From assembly GCA_039679325.1 (NCBI GenBank), contig JBDKVD010000132.1, positions 1-41,221 of the forward strand: DNA of 41,221 nt. The letters are read 5' to 3'. This DNA comes from Smithella sp. GTDB lineage: Bacteria > Desulfobacterota > Syntrophia > Syntrophales > Smithellaceae. The first letter of the stretch is position 1. Every line of letters starts with the position of its first letter. Made by a program: the position numbers and the translations under genes. Positions 1 to 7,524 of this stretch are shown one piece after another. The notes below the pieces were generated by a model. That model saw only the letters and a program-made list of their open reading frames with translations. It was not told the origin of the DNA and did no database searches.

Positions 1-548
1 CAGCCGGGGCGCAGATATTTGTAAATATCGACCGACGTCGTTTCTTGTTTTAAAAGATAACGCTGCGCTCCCGCCTTCTGAAAAGACTGATAGTCGGCAG
101 AACTTCTTTCGCCGATGGATAAAGTAATAATAAGGCCGGTTTCGTCTCTGATGCGTTCAATAATTTTGCAAATAATTTCTGTAGAATAAAATGAATCTTC
201 GCCGGACTGGAGCACAACAGTAGGAATGTGCAAATCTTTTATCTGTTGAGCTGTGGTGATGATCTCCTCGCTAGTCATTCTGTAACGGCTGAGCTTCCGG
301 TTGCCGTGCCGCAGCCCGCAATAGAGGCAATTGCGTTCGCAGTAATTAGAGAATTCAATAATACCGCGCAGGAAAATTTCGTCACCGACCTGTTCTTTTC
401 TGACTGCGTCGGCGGCGGAGAAAAGATCAAACGAATATTCGCCGGGCATTTTCAAAAGTTCAATAATATCTTTCCGGCTTAAGGCATTTTCCGTTTTTGC
501 TTTGGCAATCAGGTCTTCAATATGGGCGCTGAATTTAGATATAGACAT
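1..548 (-). CDS. hydE: [FeFe]-hydrogenase maturase HydE (radical SAM), N-terminal ~182 codons; the gene runs off the left window edge
   Basis: Absent from the ORF track because it is truncated. My manual minus-strand translation from ATG (548-546) gives MSISKFSAHIEDLIAKAKTENALSRKDIIELLKMPGEYSFDLFSAADAVRKEQVGDEIFLRGIIEFSNYCERNCLYCGLRHGNRKLSRYRMTSEEII.... This is a CX3CX2C radical-SAM motif in the BioB/HydE-type context. The start overlaps the hydG stop by 14 nt, and hydG/hydF are nearby. Confidence 0.85.
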   Translation of the reverse strand, partial: MSISKFSAHIEDLIAKAKTENALSRKDIIELLKMPGEYSFDLFSAADAVRKEQVGDEIFLRGIIEFSNYCERNCLYCGLRHGNRKLSRYRMTSEEIITTAQQIKDLHIPTVVLQSGEDSFYSTEIICKIIERIRDETGLIITLSIGERSSADYQSFQKAGAQRYLLKQETTSVDIYKYLRPG

Positions 549-1947
549 CACGTTTTCCATCTGCAATTTGCTGAAGTTTGTTCATAACGGATTTTTTTCG
601 CTGCGGTTTAAAATTTTCGTCAAGAGTTTGTTGGATCAGTTTTTCACCGGCGATACGTGTTTGAGGACTGGCGTAATCGAGAAGATATTCCTTAAAAGTG
701 AAAATGGCATTGGTCTGGCAGAATTTCTGAATGAGGCCGGGTTTAGCCAGATCCATAAAATCTTTACCGGTGCGACCGAGGCGGTAGCAGGCTGTGCAGA
801 AGCTGGGAATATGGCCGCGCTCGGTGATATCCAGAATAACTTCGTCCAGCGTGCGGGTGTCGCCCAGATTAAACTGGGCGGCGCGGAAGGCGTCGCTGGA
901 GTCTTCCTGATAGCCTCCGGGATTAGTGCGCGAGCCGGCGCTGATTTGAGAAACTCCCAGAGCAAAGGCTTCGGAGCGCATCGATGGATTTTCTCTGGTG
1001 CTTAAGATCATGCCCGTGTAGGGAACGGCCATGCGGATAATGGCGACAAGCTTTTTGAAATCATGATCGTTTACCGGATGCGGTGGTTTGATTGCCGCCG
1101 GAGCATTGAAGGCCGGTTCCAGTCGGGGTATGGAAATAGTGTGCGGCCCGACGCCGCAGTCTTTTTCCAGCTGCTGGGCATGCAAAAGCAATCCCATAAC
1201 TTCATACTTGTATTCATAAAGTCCGAAAAGGGCGCCGATGCCCACATCATCGACTCCGCCCTCCTGTGCGCGGTGCATGGCGGTCAGACGCCAGGCAAAG
1301 TCTTTCTTGGGACCGCTGGGGTGCATTATCTTGTAAGTTTCATGATGATAAGTTTCCTGAAATAAGACAACTGTACCGATGCCTGTTTTTTTTAGTTGTT
1401 TGTATTCGTCGACCTTCAGCGGGGCGATTTCCACATTGATCCGTCTGATCTCACCGCCTCTTTCCGTTTTAACGGAGTATGCCGTTTCAATGGCTTCCAT
1501 GAAATATTCCAGGCTGGAGCGGGTAGGATGTTCTCCGCAAAGCATCAGCAGTCGTTTATGACCTTCGAGTTCCAGAACCTGTACTTCCTTGGCTATCTGT
1601 TCCATCGTCAAGGCGACGCGATTAAGTTCCTTGTTGTCGCGGCGGAATCCACAGTAAAGGCAGTTGTTGGAGCAGAAATTGGCGATATAAAGCGGAGCAA
1701 ATAAAACAAGGCGGTTGCCGTAAATACTTTTCTTGATTCTGTGCGCCGCCTGAAAAATCATGCCGATAAGCTCGTCATCCTCCGTTTGCAGCAACACGGC
1801 GACATCTTCGGGAGAAAGACCTTTGAGCTCCAACGCCTTGTCTATAATCTCCCGGACTCTCCCGGGATCGGGGTTTTTGGCGTTCTCCAGTATGGCTTCA
1901 ATTTTTGTGTCATCAATAAAATCTTTAATCATGTTAATACACCTCAT
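535..1947 (-). CDS. hydG: [FeFe]-hydrogenase maturase HydG (radical SAM tyrosine lyase, CO/CN synthase)
   Basis: ThiH/HydG-type radical-SAM motif CSNNCLYCGF. HydG-specific C-terminal cluster motif CTACYRLGRTGKDFMDLAKPGLIQKFC (CX2CX22C). An alternative start is M6 at 1932, behind GAGGTG. Confidence 0.95.
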   Translation of the reverse strand: MRCINMIKDFIDDTKIEAILENAKNPDPGRVREIIDKALELKGLSPEDVAVLLQTEDDELIGMIFQAAHRIKKSIYGNRLVLFAPLYIANFCSNNCLYCGFRRDNKELNRVALTMEQIAKEVQVLELEGHKRLLMLCGEHPTRSSLEYFMEAIETAYSVKTERGGEIRRINVEIAPLKVDEYKQLKKTGIGTVVLFQETYHHETYKIMHPSGPKKDFAWRLTAMHRAQEGGVDDVGIGALFGLYEYKYEVMGLLLHAQQLEKDCGVGPHTISIPRLEPAFNAPAAIKPPHPVNDHDFKKLVAIIRMAVPYTGMILSTRENPSMRSEAFALGVSQISAGSRTNPGGYQEDSSDAFRAAQFNLGDTRTLDEVILDITERGHIPSFCTACYRLGRTGKDFMDLAKPGLIQKFCQTNAIFTFKEYLLDYASPQTRIAGEKLIQQTLDENFKPQRKKSVMNKLQQIADGKRDVYI

Positions 1948-2192
1948 GCTTTGGTCAGAGCTGATTTAACTTGTACTCCCGCTAATGTTCCGAGTTTGCC
2001 GGTCAAAGCGCCGATTTCATCTGTGGAGGCATGAACAATAAGAGCAATAATATTGAGATTCTTGGGAGCGTGGGGAATACCCATTCGGGCAATAATTATA
2101 TTGCCGAATTCACTGAGAATCCTGTTGACATTTTCCGACTGGGCGGCCCTGTTGGTGATAATGATCGTAATAGTTCCAATTCTCTTATCCAT
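1944..2192 (-). CDS. TM1266-like putative iron-only hydrogenase system regulator (small ACT-like protein)
   Basis: 82 aa; the pattern ...NRILSEFGNIIIARMGIP...IIALIVHASTDEIGALTGKLGTLAGVQVK matches my memory of the TM1266/TIGR03959 family. ATGA overlap with hydG. SD AAGGGGAGA upstream. Confidence 0.7.
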   Translation of the reverse strand: MDKRIGTITIIITNRAAQSENVNRILSEFGNIIIARMGIPHAPKNLNIIALIVHASTDEIGALTGKLGTLAGVQVKSALTKA

Positions 2193-2236
2193 ACTGTCTC
2201 CCCTTTTTTGCCTGTTGTACGGAAATGGTTGTTATC

Positions 2237-2283
2237 GTGAAAAACAAAAAAGGTTTGATCCCGGAAGAATCAAACCTTTTTAT
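2237..2283 (-). terminator. Rho-independent terminator after the MBL/cNMP gene
   Basis: Perfect 11-bp stem AAAGGTTTGAT (2249-2259) / ATCAAACCTTT (2269-2279) with a 9-nt loop. On the minus strand it is followed by TTTGTTTTTCAC. It is also T-flanked on the plus strand (bidirectional shape). Confidence 0.6.
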
Positions 2284-2401
2284 TAAAGATTATTTACTTC
2301 CCTCAAGATCAGAAATACCCTCTCTCTCAGGTAAAATTATTCGTGTTTACAGGTGGTAATTGACACAACTACACCGTTTTGTCAACTCCTATCAGTCGTT
2401 T

Positions 2402-4609
2402 TTATATTTTAAGGCCCCGGGAACGGGCCAGTTCTTTTATCTTAATTTCGATATCAGGGCTTGCCTGCATCAGCCGTTGGAGATCATTGCGGGTTATTTT
2501 GTAGGCTGTCGTACAGTCTTCCGCAGCCCTGATGTCGGCGGTTCGTTGTTCGGTGAAACCGGCAGCGGTGAATTCACCGACCATGGAGGGAGGAGTAAAG
2601 ACAATGTCTGTGCCCGGAATTTCCAGCGTTCCACGAGATAATACATATCCGCAGTTTTCCGTCTCTCCCTTTTTAATTAAATAATCTCCCGCTCGCAAAG
2701 AAAGCTTGTTAAGAGACAGGGCAAGATTTGTCTTTTCCGTTACGTCTAATTGCCCGAACAACAGAGTCCGGCTCAGAAGCTCTCTTGCCTCCGCCAGATG
2801 ATAAAAACGTTTCTTAACGTTCGGATTGTCATTTAGAAACTCGTTAACCACATCGGCATTGAGTCCGACGACGATCCCGTAGGTTAACGCCTTTACGTGG
2901 GCCGACCTCTTTTTATTACCGGTGATAAAAACACTTTCCCCGAAAAAGTCGCCCGAATGCAAAACAGCGACTTCCTGGTTATTGCTGATGACCGAAAAGA
3001 GACCAAAGCCGACAATAAACAGGAATTCGGATTCTTCCATCTTTTCCTGCAGAATCAACTGTCCCGTTGCTATGGGGCGATAAATTGCCGCTTCCCTCAG
3101 TATTTGGGCCCATCGACCCACATCAATGTCGGGGAATGGTTTCAAAAAACTGTCTATTGCCCGGCTGATTGTTGAGGCAATGCTGAGGTTCTCAAACGGA
3201 AACAGATGGTAAGGCTCTACGAATGAGAAATGGAGCGGCACATCGGTCGCTTCATCCTGCCGATGCCCCAGAAAAGTCGCCCTGACGTCATGTCCCATAA
3301 AGTCCTGAAGCGCCGGATGCAGGCCGGCTTCTCCGCCGTCGGCAATCGTAACGTCGCCTTCAAAGACGCTCATGATTTGAATATATCTGTGGTCGGAAAT
3401 AACCCCCTCGGTCAGCATCTTGCGGGCGCAGGACAGGCCCACGGTGTCGGAAGTTATTTGAATTTCAGTCGGCAGTACGTCACTGCGCTGTTTTTTTCGT
3501 ACTTTGACGGCGATGCAGGGTATGGGATGCGACGTATATTGAAAGAAAAAGTCAATTCCGTAGATCGTTGTCCATTTTTCTATCGGTATGGGATGAAACT
3601 CAAAGTATTGTTTGATCACTTCGGGCGAAACATCCAGTTGCCAGGATAAAATATCCAGCATCATTTGATAAATATCTCTGGCAGTGTATATCCTGATTTT
3701 TCTTCCCCGGCGGATAAGCTTCAGCAGACCTCCCATATGATCTTCATGACAATGGGTAAGAATTAAAGCGTCGATCTCGGCGACACTGATTCCTGTTTTG
3801 AGGGCAAGTAAATCCCAGAAGGGGCAGCAATCAACCAATACCGCAAGACCGTTCAAGCGGAGAACCATGCAGGTGGTCGGACCTTTGGATTGAAACGGCG
3901 ATCCATATCCCAGCACCTGGAGAGAGAAGGCAAGGGCGGCGGGGAATCCGCCATAATTAGGAGGAACTTTCCAGACCGGTTTTATAGTTTCCTTTTCAGT
4001 GGGCGAGATGTCCAGCTCCTGACACTCGCCGGTTTCCAGGTCACGAATTATGAAGAACATGTTTCTTGTTCTTTCCACGGACCATTTGTTCGGTAAGGCG
4101 CTGCCGAGCTTATGGCATGACAGCATTTGTTCCAGAGGAATCATTTTCCCCTTTTTATTTTTAAGGGAAAAATATTTTTTTTCTTTAAGGTACTGATTGA
4201 ACCAGTTGGGTTCAACTCCAATGCTTTTAAAAAAGGTTTTCTCCGGCCCCTGAAACGTAAAATTTATTAATTTAAGGACGCGATCCAATTCCGATTCCGT
4301 AGCGCACAGGGCAATCTTCTTCTTCACCGACATATCGACAAGATCAAAGCCTCCGCCTTTAAATAAACTGCAAAGAAACATAAAGTCGCAAGGGTTTAAA
4401 AGCCTGTCTTCATAAGAATTCATGCCTCCATGAACCAGGATCTGGGGCCAGGGCAGATTTTCTTCAATAATATTTTGATGATACCCGGCAAATCCGCCAA
4501 AAAGAACAATATCTCCCTTGATCTTGCATAAGGCGGTACAGGGTTTACGATCCAGAATTTCAAAATCTTGCATAGATTTCCCGGTTATAGTTACACTCTT
4601 GACGGTCAT
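2402..4609 (-). CDS. Multidomain protein: unassigned N-terminal region + MBL-fold metallohydrolase + two cyclic-nucleotide-binding domains
   Basis: HxHxDH motif in LILTHCHEDHMGG. Two CNB phosphate-binding cassettes: FFGESVFITGNKKRSAHVKA and MVGEFTAAGFTEQRTADIRA (GE...R[ST]A). Confidence 0.8.
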   Translation of the reverse strand: MTVKSVTITGKSMQDFEILDRKPCTALCKIKGDIVLFGGFAGYHQNIIEENLPWPQILVHGGMNSYEDRLLNPCDFMFLCSLFKGGGFDLVDMSVKKKIALCATESELDRVLKLINFTFQGPEKTFFKSIGVEPNWFNQYLKEKKYFSLKNKKGKMIPLEQMLSCHKLGSALPNKWSVERTRNMFFIIRDLETGECQELDISPTEKETIKPVWKVPPNYGGFPAALAFSLQVLGYGSPFQSKGPTTCMVLRLNGLAVLVDCCPFWDLLALKTGISVAEIDALILTHCHEDHMGGLLKLIRRGRKIRIYTARDIYQMMLDILSWQLDVSPEVIKQYFEFHPIPIEKWTTIYGIDFFFQYTSHPIPCIAVKVRKKQRSDVLPTEIQITSDTVGLSCARKMLTEGVISDHRYIQIMSVFEGDVTIADGGEAGLHPALQDFMGHDVRATFLGHRQDEATDVPLHFSFVEPYHLFPFENLSIASTISRAIDSFLKPFPDIDVGRWAQILREAAIYRPIATGQLILQEKMEESEFLFIVGFGLFSVISNNQEVAVLHSGDFFGESVFITGNKKRSAHVKALTYGIVVGLNADVVNEFLNDNPNVKKRFYHLAEARELLSRTLLFGQLDVTEKTNLALSLNKLSLRAGDYLIKKGETENCGYVLSRGTLEIPGTDIVFTPPSMVGEFTAAGFTEQRTADIRAAEDCTTAYKITRNDLQRLMQASPDIEIKIKELARSRGLKI

Positions 4610-4756
4610 AGTAATTAAGAATTACCTTTTCTCTGTCAGAATCTAAATGCATCGTTATTCACTTTTATCACATGTCAAGTTATAGTTCAGCTATTTTTAA
4701 ATGAACAATTGCAACAATTGCAGAAATCGGAACGGACTCTTCATCAGCGTTCGCTA

Positions 4757-6001
4757 TTATTCTTTCATTTTCTTTTCCAGGGCGTAGAGAGCTGAAGGGA
4801 AGGGGGCAAGACTGCGTTTGATCACGCCCTGCAGAAAAGAGATTGCAACCCCGTAATTGGTAATTCCAACACCGGCTTCCTGGGCCTTTCGCAGACGGCT
4901 CAGCATTTCCCGGCGTGTCAGCATACATGCCCCACAGTGAATGATAAGCTTGTATTGATCGAGGTTCGCCGGATAATCCCGGCCTGCGGAAATATCAATC
5001 TGTACATCAAAGCCCAGATATTGCTTCAGCCAGCGTGGAATCTTCACACGGCCGATGTCATCTTCCAGAGCATGGTGCGAGCATGCTTCGGCGATTAAAA
5101 CTTTATCACCGGGCTGTAAACGATCAATGACCGCCGCTCCGCGCGCCATGGCGGCCAGATCCGATTTCTGCCTGGCGAATAATATGGAGAAGGTGGTGAC
5201 GGGGATTTCACTCGGCACATCGGCGGTCACCTTGAGAATAGCCTGGGAATCCGTCACAACAATTGCAGGTGGACTTTTCAGGTTGGCGAGCGCTGCGGAT
5301 AATTCCCGTTCTTTGACAACGAGAGCTGCCGCATCATTATCCAATGCATCGCGTATTGTCTGTACCTGGGGCAGAATCAGTCTGCCCTTGGGAGCCTGTA
5401 AATCTATGGGAACAACGAGGACAGCCAGCGAACCGGGTGGCAGTAAATCACCGATGAGCGGCGGCGCGGCAATAAACTCATCAGGTATAATTTCGCTTAT
5501 GCGCTGTTTTAAATCGTTGAGGAATGTATCGCGGCTGGACATGTCGGCGCAGGAAACACTGATTGCGCGTCCCGTTTTTTGTTGCAATGCTTCCAGGAAA
5601 TCTGCCGATGGTGACTTTAAATCAATTTTATTGATAATGGTCAGAATGGATATTTTTCTTTTTTTGGCCTCGTTGAGAACCGTATCTTCAAAGTTGGTCC
5701 AAATATCAGGTTCCGTGAGGAGAAAAATAACGTCGGCCCGGTCGAAAATTTTTGCCGTTTTTTCCAGCCGGGCGTCGGCAAGTTGAGAGGTATCATCAAG
5801 ACCGGCGGTGTCGAGAAAAAGAACCGGTCCCAGCGGTAAAAGCTCCATGGCCTTTTCTACAATATCGGTTGTTGTACCGGCTACGGGAGATGTAATTGCT
5901 ATGTCCTGTCCGGCCATCAGGTTAAGCAGGCTGGATTTACCGACATTGGTGCGCCCCATGAGAGCTATGTGCAGTCTATTGCTTTTCGGTGTCTTTTCCA
6001 T
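4757..6001 (-). CDS. hydF: [FeFe]-hydrogenase maturation GTPase/scaffold HydF
   Basis: P-loop GRTNVGKSSLLN, DTAG, NKID. C-terminal cluster motif EACSHH...IIHCGACM. Start overlaps the aspA stop by 26 nt. Confidence 0.9.
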   Translation of the reverse strand: MEKTPKSNRLHIALMGRTNVGKSSLLNLMAGQDIAITSPVAGTTTDIVEKAMELLPLGPVLFLDTAGLDDTSQLADARLEKTAKIFDRADVIFLLTEPDIWTNFEDTVLNEAKKRKISILTIINKIDLKSPSADFLEALQQKTGRAISVSCADMSSRDTFLNDLKQRISEIIPDEFIAAPPLIGDLLPPGSLAVLVVPIDLQAPKGRLILPQVQTIRDALDNDAAALVVKERELSAALANLKSPPAIVVTDSQAILKVTADVPSEIPVTTFSILFARQKSDLAAMARGAAVIDRLQPGDKVLIAEACSHHALEDDIGRVKIPRWLKQYLGFDVQIDISAGRDYPANLDQYKLIIHCGACMLTRREMLSRLRKAQEAGVGITNYGVAISFLQGVIKRSLAPFPSALYALEKKMKE

Positions 6002-7376
6002 AATTTCTGTGTCCTAGAGCAGTTAAGCTGGAAGAAGAAAAAAGTCTTTCTACAAGGGATTTCCCCATTTTTTCTTCTAAAAATTTCCGCATATTTTTTG
6101 TGCCGGTTTGCTTAAACTCCGTCAATAATCGGGTTGCCTGTTCATAACCGGTTACGGGTAAGAGGGCGGTAATAATCATCGGACTGTGTTCAAAATATTC
6201 CCGGCATTTCCGGCTGTCCTCAGTTATGCCGCGTACATGAGCAGCAAGAAGTATATTGATATTGATCAGCAGATCGAGCGATTCCAGGAGGGCGTGTGCC
6301 AGAAGCGGGAGGAATTCATTAATCTGCAATGTCCCTCGGGCAGCGGTTTCGGTTATGATGCCGTCATTGGCTATGACTTTAATGCCGGTTTGCATGGCAG
6401 CCTCCAGCATAACAGGATTTACTTTCCCGGGCATGATTGATGACCCTGCCTGCAACTGCGGAAGTTTTATTTCTCCCAGCAGGTTCATTAAACGCAGGTC
6501 GTTGGCGATTTTCTGCAAATTGACGGCATGAGCCTTGAGAATTCCGGAAACTTCGACAAAGGAATCGGCATTGGCTGTTTCCGCCGGCAGGTTTTCCGCG
6601 CGTGACAATCCCAGTCCGGTTACTTCTCTTAATTTTTCAATAGCCAGGAAAATATAATCTTTGGGTGCGGTAAGGCCGGTGCCTACAGCAGTTCCTCCCA
6701 GGTTGACCACGCGCAGACGCTCCTCGCATTTGAAAGTGCGCCAGCGATCGCGGGAAATTGCTTCAGCGAAAGCTGAAAATTCCGCTCCCAAAGTAATGGG
6801 AACAGCTTCCTGCAATTCCGTCCTGCCGATTTTAACGGTACCGGCAAATGCTTTTTCCTTTTCCTGAAAAGCACCCTGCAGATCGGCAATGGATTTCGCC
6901 AAATCACGCAAACGGTAAATTCCAGCAACTTTCAGCGCCGACGGATAGACATCATTAGTGGATTGATGGAGGTTCACATCGTCGAGGGGATTAATTAAAG
7001 AATAATCACCTTTATTGCCGTTCAGAATTTCAATTGCCCGGTTGGCGATGACTTCATTAAGATTCATATTTGTTGATGTTCCTGAGCCGCCCTGCAATGC
7101 GTCAACAGGAAATTGATCGGCGAACCGCCCTTCAGCAATTTCATCACAGGCCATGATGATCGCGTGGGCTTTTTCGGCATTAAGGTAACCGGTTTCGTAA
7201 TTGGCCAGACAGCAGGCTTTCTTAATCAGCGCAATACTTTCAATAAGACAGGGATTGACTTTGAAGCCGCTTATAGGGAAATTGGCAACAGCTCTTTGTG
7301 TGTGAATGCCCCAATAGGAATCAGCAGGCACATCCATTTTACCCAAAAAATCATCTTCGGTTCGCATAGTTGGCAT
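5976..7376 (-). CDS. aspA: Aspartate ammonia-lyase (class II fumarase/aspartase superfamily)
   Basis: GSSIMPGKVNP signature. The aspartase-type variants FPVDALQGGSGTSTNMN and HQSTNDVYPS differ from fumarase QTGSGTQ / SQSSND. The likely true start is M4 (MRTEDDFLG) at 7367. Confidence 0.8.
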   Translation of the reverse strand: MPTMRTEDDFLGKMDVPADSYWGIHTQRAVANFPISGFKVNPCLIESIALIKKACCLANYETGYLNAEKAHAIIMACDEIAEGRFADQFPVDALQGGSGTSTNMNLNEVIANRAIEILNGNKGDYSLINPLDDVNLHQSTNDVYPSALKVAGIYRLRDLAKSIADLQGAFQEKEKAFAGTVKIGRTELQEAVPITLGAEFSAFAEAISRDRWRTFKCEERLRVVNLGGTAVGTGLTAPKDYIFLAIEKLREVTGLGLSRAENLPAETANADSFVEVSGILKAHAVNLQKIANDLRLMNLLGEIKLPQLQAGSSIMPGKVNPVMLEAAMQTGIKVIANDGIITETAARGTLQINEFLPLLAHALLESLDLLININILLAAHVRGITEDSRKCREYFEHSPMIITALLPVTGYEQATRLLTEFKQTGTKNMRKFLEEKMGKSLVERLFSSSSLTALGHRNYGKDTEKQ

Positions 7377-7456
7377 AAAGTCGATTCACTTTTGTTGTAG
7401 AACAAGGGGTCTTGCCACCCTTTAGCGGTGGTTGTAACCTCTTGTTCCGTTAATTG

Positions 7457-7497
7457 GGAAAAAAAAGAGGTTTGCTCTGGCGGAACAAACCTCTTTT
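7457..7497 (-). terminator. Rho-independent terminator after hndD
   Basis: 10-bp stem AAGAGGTTTG (7465-7474) / CAAACCTCTT (7486-7495) with an 11-nt loop. The A-run at 7459-7466 gives a U-tract on the minus strand. It lies about 30 nt past the hndD stop. Confidence 0.65.
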
Positions 7498-7524
7498 ATC
7501 AATAACTCTCATTAAAAATGATTC

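Noticed and set aside
228-1005. Plus-strand ORFs 228-482 (84 aa) and 502-1005 (167 aa)
   Set aside because: They lie antisense to hydE and hydG, whose minus-strand translations carry unmistakable radical-SAM/HydG motifs. The plus-strand products are low-complexity with no motifs.
2360-2385. TTGACA-N14-TGTCAA palindrome as an operator or promoter for the TM1266-hydG-hydE genes
   Set aside because: No acceptable -10 element follows at 16-18 nt on either strand, and the terminator at 2249-2279 lies between it and the next gene. I cannot support a function.
4610-4756. Promoter for the MBL/cNMP gene (TTGACA on the minus strand at 4673-4678)
   Set aside because: There is no convincing -10 hexamer at 16-18 nt spacing. 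The 82-aa ORF at 4680-4928 overlapping the hydF 3' end also looks spurious.
5055-5786. 243-aa plus-strand ORF antisense to hydF
   Set aside because: It is Ser/Ala/Arg-rich shadow-frame sequence, and the opposite strand encodes a full HydF with GTPase and cluster motifs. The same reasoning rejects 9562-10071, 19440-20000, 32679-33521 and 34723-35313.
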